In this document: one piece after another, positions 30,616 through 43,300 of the stretch | Numbering within the stretch: the first letter of the stretch is position 1 | How the letters are laid out: each line of letters starts with the position of its first letter | IMG/VR virus record: IMGVR_UViG_3300020463_000001 | Span: 64,001 to 128,000 of that record | Direction: 5' to 3' (one strand) | Source of the DNA: a virus | Taxonomy: Duplodnaviria; Caudoviricetes | Length of the DNA: 64,000 nucleotides | Position numbers and translations under genes: made by a program | The notes under the pieces: generated by a model | The model's input: only the letters and a program-made list of their open reading frames with translations | Told to the model about the DNA's origin: nothing | Database searches by the model: none

Positions 30616-33291
30616 ATGCCAGTATTTTTTGGATCCGGTAATATAATAACGAAAGCGAAGACAGTTCGTATGTCTTCATTTATCTATACTGAAGCTTCCG
30701 AAGTTGATATTACCTATGAAAACCACTTCAAAGAATATGTCATTGACATGGTTGATGGGTTTTCTGAGCGTCAAAATATTTACTATGATCCATTTAAATA
30801 CAGCGATTATCTTGACCGAGTTACTTCTACTTCATTTGATACCAAGGAAGTCTATAGTGGAGAAAGATACAATACATTTTTCAATTCCCCCGAGCATAAC
30901 TTGGAATATATTTTGGGATCTTCTTTTAATACAGAAGACAACACTAATCTTATAAACACCAAATATGTTTCGGAGATATATCAATCTCTGGATAATCTTC
31001 TTTCTACTGGAATGTCTTACGAAGAAGTAAGTGCAAAAATTCGAGTGCAATTGTTAGCATATTCATTTATGACTCTAGATGTATTTGAAAGAAAGAAAGA
31101 GTACGCTCTTAGAAATTTAAATATAGTCGAGGATCAAATAAAAGAACTTGGCGGACAAGATATAGAATCGAAACAATTACTTCAAGCACTTTATTTTAGC
31201 ACAAGTAGTCAAGATGTTAAATCCGCACTAAATCCTCTTGACGGAACTCTCAATTTAAATATTGTTACTGAACTATTTATTAAATCTAGACTAGAAGACT
31301 TCTCACTAAATAAGAGTTCGTTTATTTTAGATATAGAAGAAAGGGGAATATACAAAGAAATAGAAAGGGCCACTTTTGAAGAAACTGTTCCCATTCTACA
31401 AAATCCGGAAACTGGTCTTTACTATCTAGAGTTTAAAGATACGATAGAACAGATAGACGATTCTATGTTTTTTGATAACGATGTGGATAGAGTGTATGAG
31501 GCTCAGAATTTAATATACGGAAGTCCTAATGTAGAATATCATCCAATTAATAATTTCTTCCAAAGATATATGCCAAGACAAGCAGCATCAGGTGAACATC
31601 ATGAAATCATTTCGGATCTTGTAATTGAAACTGAATTTTATACCCAAGAGAAAAATGATATATTAATTAACCTAGAACCAAAGTATATCTCAGATAACGA
31701 CAAGACTTTTATTCGTAGTATATTCTATATTGAACTAGACGATTATCAGGATTATCTTGGTTATGTTCCATATGTTAAATCTTCTACAGATACTGCATAT
31801 ATTCCGGACGAACAGTTTTTACAAACAAAAGTTCACATCCCAGATAAGAATATCTTTAAGTTTAGATATGAAGAAATTAAGTTTGGTGGTAAATATGTGG
31901 TCACTGAGGCTGGAGAAGTATTTGTATTTTACAATACTATGGAAGCAAGATATGCCGGATACTATAAAGACTATGATACTCTTTATGAATACATCAATGA
32001 TTTATTCTTATCGACAAACTTGTCTTCGCATGATTCTATAAAACCACATGAAACATTATATTATAGACCAGAATCAAATCATCCAATAAACGGAGGATCT
32101 CATTTGGGTCATACTGTTCCTCATGTTATGGTCATGAGTAATAGCACCAGACTTATGGAAACAGAATACATAAAAGAAACTACTGCAGAAAATGTTGATC
32201 AAGAATACAGATTCTTTCAAAGTGTTGTGGGAAGAGATGCGGCGTTTGGAAAACTTTTTGAGTTTGACCCAGTATATCACGATTTAGATCAAAACGCAAT
32301 AGGAGATACTTTTAATTTTGTTTATGAGGTGGTCAGTGGCAGATTGCCTAATTGTTTGACTCTCAATAATTCTATCATTAGTGGAAATATAGGAGAAACA
32401 GAACAGTTTCTGAAACAGTATTCATACGAATCGTGGATTAAAAATCAAAATCTAGAAATAGATACCAACTACGAAGATTTCAATCCAGAAGAGGTCAAGG
32501 AAATAGAAGTTACAATTGTTGGTAGGGCCACAACGCGAGGAACTATAGATATTATAGATGACGTTGGATTTTCTATTGGAGATATTATAACACAAAGAGA
32601 CAGTTCTGGCAACTTACAGGGTTCTGCTACAATAACTAGAATTCTATTTAATTACATCAGAGAGTTTTCTGTTCTTGGCGCAGACCCACAAGATCTCAAT
32701 ATTATACGATATGAAATAGATAATATTGAAGGCTCATTCATCGCATCAGAGATAAATCAGATAATTGTGAACGATGAACTGAGAATTGTACTAGAAAGTA
32801 TCCAAAGGGCAAATGGGTTGATGGTTCTGGAATCAGAATTATCTACTGCTAGTGGATTAATAAAACAAATTGACTTAATTTTCCCCATAAATAATAATTA
32901 CACCTATGATAAAGATAGGTTCTTATTAAATACTGAAGGTATATCTGACAGAGAAGATCAATATGAATGGTTGACCTACATGAGAAGTCAAGGTCATTAT
33001 AGATTTGATGTAGATGCGAATATCGCTGCAATACAAGAATCCATAAATGAATTGACAAAGGATTACAGAGCAGGCAGAACCAATCTTACTCAGAAACAGT
33101 TTAATGAAGAAATAGAGTTTCTGGAGTTATCGAAAGGTAATCCTTTCGAAGAAGAAACTTACGAAAGATTAGAAAGAATAGAAGAATTTAAATTGGATTG
33201 TAAAGAAGAAGTGGACGAACAAACTTACTACGAAGACAATCCAGAAAGAGTTACGACAAGAGGATACCCAATATATGTCAGCTGTAACTAG
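30616..33291 (+). CDS. Hypothetical protein, likely virion-associated, with an Ig/cadherin-like segment
   Basis: 891 aa ORF; FVYEVVSGRLPNCLTLNNSIISGNIG resembles putative Ig repeats; FSIGDIITQ..GSATITRI module; 3' end overlaps the PAAR gene. Confidence 0.6.
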   Translation: MPVFFGSGNIITKAKTVRMSSFIYTEASEVDITYENHFKEYVIDMVDGFSERQNIYYDPFKYSDYLDRVTSTSFDTKEVYSGERYNTFFNSPEHNLEYILGSSFNTEDNTNLINTKYVSEIYQSLDNLLSTGMSYEEVSAKIRVQLLAYSFMTLDVFERKKEYALRNLNIVEDQIKELGGQDIESKQLLQALYFSTSSQDVKSALNPLDGTLNLNIVTELFIKSRLEDFSLNKSSFILDIEERGIYKEIERATFEETVPILQNPETGLYYLEFKDTIEQIDDSMFFDNDVDRVYEAQNLIYGSPNVEYHPINNFFQRYMPRQAASGEHHEIISDLVIETEFYTQEKNDILINLEPKYISDNDKTFIRSIFYIELDDYQDYLGYVPYVKSSTDTAYIPDEQFLQTKVHIPDKNIFKFRYEEIKFGGKYVVTEAGEVFVFYNTMEARYAGYYKDYDTLYEYINDLFLSTNLSSHDSIKPHETLYYRPESNHPINGGSHLGHTVPHVMVMSNSTRLMETEYIKETTAENVDQEYRFFQSVVGRDAAFGKLFEFDPVYHDLDQNAIGDTFNFVYEVVSGRLPNCLTLNNSIISGNIGETEQFLKQYSYESWIKNQNLEIDTNYEDFNPEEVKEIEVTIVGRATTRGTIDIIDDVGFSIGDIITQRDSSGNLQGSATITRILFNYIREFSVLGADPQDLNIIRYEIDNIEGSFIASEINQIIVNDELRIVLESIQRANGLMVLESELSTASGLIKQIDLIFPINNNYTYDKDRFLLNTEGISDREDQYEWLTYMRSQGHYRFDVDANIAAIQESINELTKDYRAGRTNLTQKQFNEEIEFLELSKGNPFEEETYERLERIEEFKLDCKEEVDEQTYYEDNPERVTTRGYPIYVSCN

Positions 33292-33562
33292 ATTAGGAGA
33301 CTCTTGTACGGGTCATGGTTGTTATGCGCCTAGAGCTTGCATCAAGGGTAGTAGTAACGTCTTTGTGAATGGAAAGGCGGCACATCGAAAAGGAGATGCT
33401 TGGAATCTACATCCTTGCGGAAACTCTAAACATGGGGGAGTTACTTCTGTGGGATCTTCTAGTGTTTATGTAAATGGAAAACCTCTTGCGAGAAAGGGAG
33501 ATCCAATATCTTGTGGATCTGCTATCTTGCAGGGAAGTGACAATGTTAGTGCTGGTGGGTAA
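33275..33562 (+). CDS. gp5.4: PAAR-repeat spike-tip protein (T4 gp5.4-like)
   Basis: AVTRLGDSCTGH; NVFVNGKAAHRKGD; SVYVNGKPLARKGDPISCGS. Three PAAR-like repeats with Cys/His metal ligands, 95 aa. Confidence 0.92.
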   Translation: MSAVTRLGDSCTGHGCYAPRACIKGSSNVFVNGKAAHRKGDAWNLHPCGNSKHGGVTSVGSSSVYVNGKPLARKGDPISCGSAILQGSDNVSAGG

Positions 33563-33573
33563 GGAGATAAACT

Positions 33574-36393
33574 TTGGCATTTAATACACCAAGACCATTA
33601 AAGGCTATATTCCAGAGTGATGGAGAAGTTATCCTTGGAGAATTCAACGAGGATGATGTTCTTGAAGTCGCGAGTGGCGGAACTGGTACTAGTACACTAG
33701 ATCAATTTAGAACTAATATCAGCGCAATTAAATACGAAGATTTCGCAACCTTCGCAGACTTCCCTGCGATCCCAGAAAGTGGTAGACTCGCAAAAGATTT
33801 ATCTACCGGATCTCTATACTATTCTCATAATGATACTTGGATAGAAGTCGGCAGCGCACAAATAGTTTCTGGTACAGACGTTGCGGGAGTTGCAATAAAC
33901 GATGTCGAAGTAGAGAAACTAGTATTCGATGGCAATTTAATATTTGATTATGATTCAGTAACTAAAGTAGGAACTCTTTCTGTTAGTGCATCTCTAACAG
34001 CAACTGAACTGACTATAGGTCTTCCTACAGACGGAACTTACGATGATGGTGCGATAGGGATATCTGATACTGCGAAGACTGCAGATGTCATCGATGATCT
34101 CAACGAAGCACTAGATAATATCAGAAATAATACATTTGTCAAAAGTGTTTTATTTTCCGGTTCTCCCCTTACTGGAGGAGAAGGAATGAATGTTACTCTT
34201 AGCATAACTTCCGATGGAAATCCAAATCGTTATGACATAGATTGGGGAGATGGTTCTCAAACTAATGGATCCTCCAGTTCTACACCAAGTCACATTTATA
34301 CTTCAAATGTTAACAGTCCATATACTATTACTGTCCGGGCATTCCACAATCAGGCCACAGGAACTGGAAGCGAAGCATTTCACACAAGAGAAGATTATAT
34401 TATCGTATTTACTGCTAACCCTGCTGTTGCCTTTAGATTATACAGAAATTCTTCTGGAGGAACACCGTTAACAGGTAATGATTTGTATGTTGTAGAGGGT
34501 GGTTCTTTATATCTAGAAAATATTACAACAAACACTCTTATGGCAGATGTGACTTACGACATGGACTGGGGAGATGGTTCCACTAACGATACAATCGCAA
34601 ATGACTCTGCTGCTGGTGGAGTGAGCGGAGACAGACTACAACATACATGGGCGGATGGAACAGATAGTGGGACAGGAAGAGATACTATGAGACTCACACT
34701 AGATTCTCACACTACTGCAGACCCGAATGCAGTTCCAACAAATAGTACGTTAAGCCTAAAGGTTTACGATGACAGTATTGCCGCGCCCGATGGTTTGAGT
34801 ACTAAATCAATTTCTTTCACAGAGGATGTGGGTTCTTCGCCAAGACTTGCACATGGGTTTACAGATAACACCGGAGTCACAACTCAATCTGCGGGAAATG
34901 AAGTCAATAGAATTACATCAACTTCTGGGACTACTGAATCTAGTGAGATAACTTCATTTGCACATAACGCAGACTCCGGTGCGTTGAGTGCTATAGTAAA
35001 TGAAACTTCAGACGGTTCGGTTACTTTAACTACCGGAAGTAATGCAGGAACACACGGAAGTTTAGTTCTCACACAGGAAAGTGACTATAATCTTTTGAGC
35101 GCGCAAGGAACTCCCACTAGTTTTAATTCTAGTATATATCGCCCAGATTTATATAAAGGATTTAAGGCGAGGGTATCAAAAGACTCCAACACAATTCCGA
35201 ATGGTGTTAACAGTTTTCAGTTATCTCACACAGAAACCGGAGACACCAACAAAGTAGAATTTATCAAAGATGATTTGACATCTACTCCAACAGTTACAAA
35301 TGGTACTATAACAGAAAAGACCGGAACTTACAAGTATATTAGTGGTATTCCTTACTACGATACTGGATCGTCTTTAACATGGAGCGGAATACAAATAACG
35401 AACTTTATTGGCCAAACATATAGAGTAACTAATAGTGTGATAGAAGTTTCTTCGAGCACAAACTTAGAAGGGACAAGTGGAAGTTCTATTGCAAGTGAAA
35501 ATTATTCTTATTCTGAAGTTGACAATCCATTAGATTCTTTCTTGACTGGAGGAATACCAAATGCAAATACAGCAAAAGATACTCAGTATACCATAAAAGA
35601 TCTGACTGTCAATATCACACCGTCAAGTGTTCGGTCTGTAGAAAAAATAAAAGTTAGAGGTCTGAATGTCAACGGCTCTGGCAGTTATGAAACTAATGAT
35701 ATGATTTTACAGGTTCACACCGCAAATCAAACAGGAATCAACGAATTATCCATACCCGTAAGTTCATCTCTTGGAGATGGTTTCAATGACAACGGAGTGA
35801 GGATATTCGATTTTGCTTCAGAGACTACGGATAATCCTTCCATAAGTAACTCCACAAATTACTATACAAATAGTCTTTATGCAGAGTCATCAGATCCCGG
35901 CGTAGTAGGAACACAAGAAGCAACAATAAGATTGGGAAGATTGTCTCATAGTGTCGCAGATTATACTTCTGGATATCTTCCGGTTGGGCCAGATAGAAGT
36001 GGTGACACAGGAATTCAGTATTTTACTTTTGCGTTCAGAAGAACAGTGACTGCGAACTTCAATATCAATATATCCTCTGGGGGTATCAGTGGTATTTGGA
36101 TTGCATCGCCTGGCACTACAATAGATAACTCCAGTACAATCAATGGATGGTTGGATTGTTCGGTTCAGTATGCTGGTGCTGGTGTGCCTGGCGAGGATAC
36201 TGCTGCTGGAGGAAACGGAAGCAATGGTTGTGCGTCTACAGGTTCGGACAAAATACAATCAAACACCACACTAAGCGGTTTTTACAGAATGACATTGGGA
36301 ACAGAGAACTTGACAAACGCGACTGGAAATGTTGCATTGGTTAGAATTGCATTGAACTCTGGACAGTCAGTCAATTCTATTAGTATCACATAG
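33574..36393 (+). CDS. Virion structural/fibre protein with two PKD-like domains
   Basis: TTG start with AAGGAG RBS; GGTG motif in the N-terminus; YDIDWGDGS and YDMDWGDGS PKD signatures; Thr/Ser/Gly-rich. Confidence 0.65.
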   Translation: MAFNTPRPLKAIFQSDGEVILGEFNEDDVLEVASGGTGTSTLDQFRTNISAIKYEDFATFADFPAIPESGRLAKDLSTGSLYYSHNDTWIEVGSAQIVSGTDVAGVAINDVEVEKLVFDGNLIFDYDSVTKVGTLSVSASLTATELTIGLPTDGTYDDGAIGISDTAKTADVIDDLNEALDNIRNNTFVKSVLFSGSPLTGGEGMNVTLSITSDGNPNRYDIDWGDGSQTNGSSSSTPSHIYTSNVNSPYTITVRAFHNQATGTGSEAFHTREDYIIVFTANPAVAFRLYRNSSGGTPLTGNDLYVVEGGSLYLENITTNTLMADVTYDMDWGDGSTNDTIANDSAAGGVSGDRLQHTWADGTDSGTGRDTMRLTLDSHTTADPNAVPTNSTLSLKVYDDSIAAPDGLSTKSISFTEDVGSSPRLAHGFTDNTGVTTQSAGNEVNRITSTSGTTESSEITSFAHNADSGALSAIVNETSDGSVTLTTGSNAGTHGSLVLTQESDYNLLSAQGTPTSFNSSIYRPDLYKGFKARVSKDSNTIPNGVNSFQLSHTETGDTNKVEFIKDDLTSTPTVTNGTITEKTGTYKYISGIPYYDTGSSLTWSGIQITNFIGQTYRVTNSVIEVSSSTNLEGTSGSSIASENYSYSEVDNPLDSFLTGGIPNANTAKDTQYTIKDLTVNITPSSVRSVEKIKVRGLNVNGSGSYETNDMILQVHTANQTGINELSIPVSSSLGDGFNDNGVRIFDFASETTDNPSISNSTNYYTNSLYAESSDPGVVGTQEATIRLGRLSHSVADYTSGYLPVGPDRSGDTGIQYFTFAFRRTVTANFNINISSGGISGIWIASPGTTIDNSSTINGWLDCSVQYAGAGVPGEDTAAGGNGSNGCASTGSDKIQSNTTLSGFYRMTLGTENLTNATGNVALVRIALNSGQSVNSISIT

Positions 36394-36401
36394 AGGCAAT
36401 A

Positions 36402-37313
36402 ATGGCAATCTCCGACGATCAAAAAATTGACTATCTGTGGAAGAAGCTTGGTTATGGTGCTTCAAAGACAGATATCAATTCAATCAAAGGTGCGACAAAC
36501 GAGAGCATTCCTAGTCCTTTATTGATAAGAGGGGATAAATTGTGGTCAGATTCCGCACAGATTCCTTCTGTAATGCCTACATCATCTAATACCTATGTTG
36601 GTGTCTATTTGGATTCTCAGTCCAGTACAGTGGAATGTACGAAGGATTTGACCGCTTCTGCGAATAGGACATGGATTACAGGACTGACAGATTGGATACC
36701 GCCTGAGTTCGGATCCACATATCAGGTCAAAGTATACATCGAATCTTCTGGAATGTCAACCCCCCAATCTACAGGAGATCAAATATTTGCGGCTGGATCC
36801 GGAAATAATGACGAATGGTTTTTTGACTATCAAAGTGGTATTCTTCATTTTATTGGAACAAATCTTCCGAGCGGAATTAATGGAAATGTAGTTTATATAT
36901 CTGGTGCGAGATATGTCGGAGACTTTGGAGTTGGCGGCGGATCGATTGGAGCAAACATACAGTCTCTCGTAAATAATATACAGAATGTTCAGAACGCACT
37001 AAATAACTTCGAATATTCCGGACACACCCAGTCAGAAATAGATACTCTGGTTGCCGGCGGAGAACCTATAGGTATTGTATATGACGATACGACTGGTAAG
37101 TTTATTCCATCGACTATATCAGCATCAGGAGGAGGCGGAGGGAGTAGTAGTGTTCCATTCTTGCCTCTTTTACTAAATAACGGAACAGAAGAACAAGTTC
37201 CTCTATTGACCACATTCGATGGCCAAGAGTTGATCAGTGGTTTGTTGAGGTTTACATTAACAGACGGGAACAGAGACGATATTGATTTGTTAATATCCGG
37301 ATCCACTCCGTAA
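36402..37313 (+). CDS. Hypothetical virion protein
   Basis: 303 aa ORF with GAGG RBS; MAISDDQKIDYLWKKLGYG start and EWFFDYQSGILHFIG beta motif; Gly linker before a short C-terminal domain. Confidence 0.65.
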   Translation: MAISDDQKIDYLWKKLGYGASKTDINSIKGATNESIPSPLLIRGDKLWSDSAQIPSVMPTSSNTYVGVYLDSQSSTVECTKDLTASANRTWITGLTDWIPPEFGSTYQVKVYIESSGMSTPQSTGDQIFAAGSGNNDEWFFDYQSGILHFIGTNLPSGINGNVVYISGARYVGDFGVGGGSIGANIQSLVNNIQNVQNALNNFEYSGHTQSEIDTLVAGGEPIGIVYDDTTGKFIPSTISASGGGGGSSSVPFLPLLLNNGTEEQVPLLTTFDGQELISGLLRFTLTDGNRDDIDLLISGSTP

Positions 37314-37329
37314 TAGAATGAAAAATAAT

Positions 37330-37337
37330 TATAAATA
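37330..37337 (+). promoter_or_regulatory. T4-type late promoter (TATAAATA)
   Basis: Exact motif in the intergenic gap; AAGGAG RBS downstream. Confidence 0.8.
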
Positions 37338-37389
37338 CTAAGACAATCACACTAAATATAGTATTAATTTAAGCGCAAAGGAGCTCCAT

Positions 37390-40300
37390 ATGGGCGTCAA
37401 TCTTGAACGAAATAATGTCATACATCTTGACGGATATCATTGGGATAAAGAAAAAGATGACGATAAACCACTTCTTAGTCAGCTAACAGACGATCTATTG
37501 GCCAACGGATTTACAGACGTTGGGCCAGAAGTAATTAAACTCACAATCTCTGACAGCGAGTTGACTTCGTTTATCGATAAATTTATCGTATACCACTATG
37601 ATTCTGATCCCTCTACGGTTGGAGGTGGAGCGTTTGGTAATGCATTTGAAGACTCCAAAAAAATACCAAACTATACTGTGCCTGCAGTTAACGAACATGA
37701 TCATAATAAATTTGTTTACGACTTACCTTTAGGAAATGGAGAAGATCCAACAGGCCAAAGATTCAAATACATTCACCAAGCATATGCCGATGCAGAACGA
37801 TGGAATAAAAGGTGGTCAGAGTTCCCTACATTAGAACAAATTTCGGGATCAACATCCGCTGCATCTTACCTTGGCCCAAACTCCGAATTGTTTGCGTATT
37901 TAAATCCACACCCATCGAATATGATGACTAATGAAACTAGTCAAACCCTACCTTCTGGTGTTATAAATCATCAGAGTCGAGTTAAGAAAATTATTTTTAA
38001 TATCGGTGCAGATAAGTACGAGAGAGTATTTAATCAACTGGATACTGTTGGTGAAGAGGGTTCCGGTGTCTTCTTGGGATCAAATCGAGGACAAGAAGCA
38101 ATTAGTATTTCTAGTCAAACTGGATCTCTTACTGGAGATAATGACTCTAGTGGAAGTATAGATGATAATTTTCCTCTCGCAAAAGAAATATATCCCGCTG
38201 CAGCAAGATTTACTGAAGTTGCTCAATTTAGAGTTGGACAGAGAGTTGTTGGTGAACAATCAGGAGCAATCGGTGTTGTAACAGAATTTATAGATGCAAA
38301 TGGAGATCCCTGTGTAGTGGGTAAAAACATATTTGAAAAGAATATGATGTATGACCCAGAGTTACTTGCAAATGTCAGAGGCCAAACTGCAACACATATT
38401 TCTGATGGAACTAAAAGCGTTCTAGAGTTTTCTACAGATTTTTCTATCGCAGATTTTGATGAAACTGTAGATCAAGTTTATACAGTAACTACAACCGATT
38501 CTTCTGATGTCGTAACAAAATTAACCTCGACAGGTCTTACGCCAAATTATTCTACAAATGGAACTGGAATTACATTTTTAGATTTTGGTGGACAACCAGT
38601 ATCAGTAGGAAATGAGTTGACTGTAACTGTCTCTTATGGCCCGAAAATGTTAAAAAGCAGACTCCCAAGTGCTGGGATGGTTTATGGTGGAAACTATGTT
38701 CCAGAATACGACTTGCCCGATGACGAAGATTCTACTCGCGGAAAAATAATCACAAGAGTTAATGTTGAAAAGAAACCATATGGAAATCTACAAAGAAAAA
38801 CTGTCTTTATAGACGAATGGGTAGAACAGACAGAGGGAAGACAACTTGTAGTAGAAGCATTGTCTAAAGATTTCTTCCCCGGCGAAAAAATCTTTTCAGA
38901 AAACCCTTTTGGAGATGACGACAATTCTACTGCAGAACTGACTGGATGGTCAGAACCAATAGATGTGACTGTAAACTATGAGAACAAATCGGTGTCAAAT
39001 ACCTTTACTATGGCTGGCACTTTTAATGCTCAAGATCATGATATAAGTATAGTAGTTAGACCTTATAGATTGGTTGGTTCCGGAACATCATCTAAAAGAG
39101 AAGCTTCGGCCGCGGATCAATTTATTCTTGAAGGAGCAACTTTGACTTCTAATAGTGGCCAAAGACTAAAAAATGGAGGGTTTTCTGCGACTCAAATTCA
39201 GTATCCTTCGGGGAGTTATGATTATTGGACTCAATCTGGACCTGGCCAGGCAAATGCAACTGAAAGTGGGCCCAGCCAACAGTCGTCATTGCGTAATGCT
39301 CAGATTATAGTAACTGTATCGGCCAAAGAACCAGATTATACTACTCTTTCTAGAATTCCTCCACAATCTACCGGATTTTCTAATTCCGGTGTTCAAACTC
39401 TTGGAGAAAAGGGAGATAAGACAGGAGATTTTGGAGCTCTTACTTTTTCAAAGTTAAGTAGATTTAGTGCTCAAACCGAATTAACAAATGTCGCCGATAA
39501 AAACACTAATGATATAGTACACAGTTCAAGTATTGGTGCCGGTTCAGCAGAGTCTTTATCCTTTAGAATAGAATTTGAAAGAGAGAAAAGTCTTCTTAAC
39601 AAAATAGAACCTGTAACTGATCAGTTTGATATCAATAATCAAGTGGTTGTGAATCTTGTAAATGATTCTTTGGGAACTTCTCATCAAGTCGGAGATAGTT
39701 TTACTGTTAGTTCTTGGGACAATGATGATGTAAGAAACGCTGCAACTACTCAATATTTTCCGGCATTAGTTGTCGGATGGATCAAATCAAAATCCTCCGG
39801 CATGCCTGCCGGTAAGCAACGGGTAACTTTTGACGAACAAAACGAGTATGATGGTAGAGGTGCATCTCCTACAGAAAGAATGAGTTACGTAACTCTTGAT
39901 ATGGTACAACCCGAAGAGTCTAATGAATTTATTGTAAATTCTGGAGAAGGTAAGACATTTCTAAAGAAAGATCCGCAAGGTGGGGTAATTTCTGGAACTG
40001 GGTATTCTACTGGATATGTAGGAATCGGAACAGTTGCTAAACTTGTTTACGAAAATGAATATAACAAAGTTAAGAGATGTTTGATCAATTCTGCAAGAGG
40101 TGTTAAGTTTTCTCCGGAAGATGTTACTACTGGTCTGTCTACTTCCACCGAAGCAAGTTTAGTTCAGTATAAAGAAGAAGAACTAGTTCAAGGAAATAAA
40201 CATCATTTCTGGATTGCGTTAGATAAATCAGAAACATTCTTTACTTCAGATCAAATAGAACCAAAGACTCTTCTGGGATCTATGACTTTATCTATGAAAA

Positions 40301-43300
40301 CAGAAGATAATAGTTCCCCATCGGCACTGGCGGTAACAGGTATGCAGTTAGGAGATGTTTATACTTTTACTCTACAAAGGATTAAAGGAAGATATACTGG
40401 AGCTTCTAGTGATGTATTATTTGGCGATCCAGTAACTGTTCAGATTACTGTAGAGTCTACTTCTATTTCTGACTTTGCATTAGAATTAGCGAACGAGTTG
40501 AATGATAATTTACCAGAATATAGTTTTGAGATAGATTCGGAGAATACATCTAATATATTGTTTAGATCTAATAAAGTAGGATTTGATTTATCTATTGGTT
40601 ACAATTCTTCAAACTATTCAGAAAGTTTAGAACCAGTTAGAATAGAATCTGATAGAGCCAACTTTGGAATGAGTCCAGTCGATACGAGTGTTAGAAGCGC
40701 TTCTTCTACTCCAATTGGTATAACTGCAATCAACGGTTCTTTCGGTGTTGCTGTAAAGGATAGTTCCGATGCAAATGGTAATTATTATTTGGGAGGATAT
40801 CATCATAAGATTGATTTCGCTCTTCCAAACGAAGCCTACTATGGAGATAAATTTGAGTTTGTATTAAGTGGTTTGATAACTCAGAGTTCTATTTCGGAAA
40901 TCTACACTACTCCTTCAACTTTTGATTTAACTTTGGAGTATACTGCGGATAGAAGATTTAACAGTTCCGCATCGTTAGGTGCTGCCATTAAGAATTCAGT
41001 TATAACTAATTCTTATATATCTAAGTTTATGAAAGTAAGTCTAGAATCAAACCTAATTAAGTTTGAATATACACCAGACTCATGGGCGTATCTAGACAAG
41101 ACATCTATACATAACCAAACTGGTGCATATGGATTAATGAATGAAAATTCTTCTAAATACACATCAGTTTATGCTACAGGATCATCTGATTCAGATCCAT
41201 TTGGTTCTGTAATTACTGCAGCGACAGGATTAGCAGACGATTCATTCTTAGTTATTATGAATGAAATGACATCAAATGGATATACAGATATTCCTACTAC
41301 TGTATCTTTATATGATATGGAAGTATGGGACGGAACACAATACACAAACAATACAATGTATGTAGACGATCTACCATCAGAAGCAGTGTTTACTGGTCAA
41401 CTTACAGTTACACCAATGACTCAGTATGAGTTCACTGACGATGATACTGGAGGTTTGGGGCCTCTACAAACAATTGGTTTTGTAAGATCTCAATTACCTT
41501 CTTCTCTGGTAAGACAAAAAGTTAAAATTAAGTTTCCATTTGCCAGAGATTTTGGAACATTTGCGGATCCAATAACTCACTTATCAGATGCTGTCGGGGC
41601 AAGTTATAATAATTCATCCACATCTACTGCAGATGCTACGTCTCATCCGACAACTTTGGGAGGGAATACTAAGTATTTTACTTCTTACAAACAACACGTT
41701 ATTGGTGCAGCAGGGCCTAAGTTTGTCTCTGAAGCTGGGACTACATATTCTTCAACCGGATTTATATCTCAGGGAGATAGAAAGGGCCCAGAAACCTCAT
41801 TTGACCCAGATCTGAGAGGGTATCATCCAGAAGTTTCTGTGTCCGATAACTACGCACACTATTCTTCTTTCCCATACCATGAGTGTGGTTTAGAATTAGA
41901 AAGTTTTGAGTTTATCGCAGATCACTCAATCGGGCCGATTGTTCTTGAAACAAATGACCAATCAAACTTAGGTGGTGTTGGCGGAGATCAACCTTGGAGA
42001 ATTCGTTTCGAAGTCAGTAGAGGTTATGAAGTAACAGATGCGTCTCCATTTATTGCAACTCAAAACTATCAAGGTGTTGGGGGAAATAAAGGAAATACTG
42101 AGTTTGAATATCTGAAAGTACACGTTGCGACAGAATATCAAATTAAAGGTGATGGAACTGTAACTTCTATACAAAGTGCAGATGGACTTGAAAAAGGAGA
42201 ATTTAGAGAGCCAGGATTCCTTGGTGGTGTTAGACCTCAATACTCAGGATATGTTCGAGCAAGAACTCACTTAATATCGCCAGAAGTTACTGATTATTTG
42301 GAAGTTCAATCACTTCAAGCAATAAGAACTAGTGGTCTGAATCCTTCTGCCGGTATTGTTGGATTTAAGGATTATAATAAAGTAGTTTCTGGCACAGAAG
42401 GCGAAAGAATTCTTGGGGGAGGAACTTCTGACGGAACAGAAACAACTAAAGCAGAATTTAGATATGAAGATAAATATCTGAGAGGATCAAGTACAGAATT
42501 AGTATTTGATACTCCATTCAATACTGGTACTCTGAGAATGCAGAAAGGATTCTTTAGAAGAACTGGTAAACAAGAAAGAAGTGTTGCATTATCATACCCA
42601 ATGAGTTATACATTAACTGTTGCGGATCACGGTGTTGTTTTCTATCTCAGAGATCAAGCCGCAAGCGCACAAGCAGACGATTATGCATGGTTTGTTATTC
42701 AGAGACACGTTGATTCTACAACTGGTGTTCCGGATTATGATTCATTATCACAACCAGTACACTGTGTATATCAAACGTCTGAACCGCCTTTGTTGTATTC
42801 CGATTTGACTCCATTCTTCTCTGTAGATGAATCCAGTGGAGAAACTACAGACAGAACAACTTCTGCCTTTGTAGAAGGACTAACAAATCAATTCGGATCT
42901 AGAATCTTTGACTTCAGAGTCGATGAATTTGTAGAACAGGAATTGAAGGCTTTTGATATTGAGAACCAAGGACGATTCAGAAGATTCGTAGTTCGCGAGA
43001 AAGACGTACTGAAACCTTGGGATAGACACGTTTTCGCCGGTATATCTGAGACGGACTCTCATGCGGTACTAAATATATTAGAACAACTTGCATTGAATGA
43101 AGACGGACAATTAGTAATCCAGTTCCCGAATAGATTGGGATCACAGAGATACTTCTTTACAGGAAAAGAATTGGATTTGATTGCGTTTTCTGATGGAGGT
43201 GCCGTAGGTCAGGATACTTTGATAACAAGTGATCGATTCAGTACTACTGGTACAACAGACAAGAGAAGACTGTATAAGGCACTTATGTCAACGAAACCTT

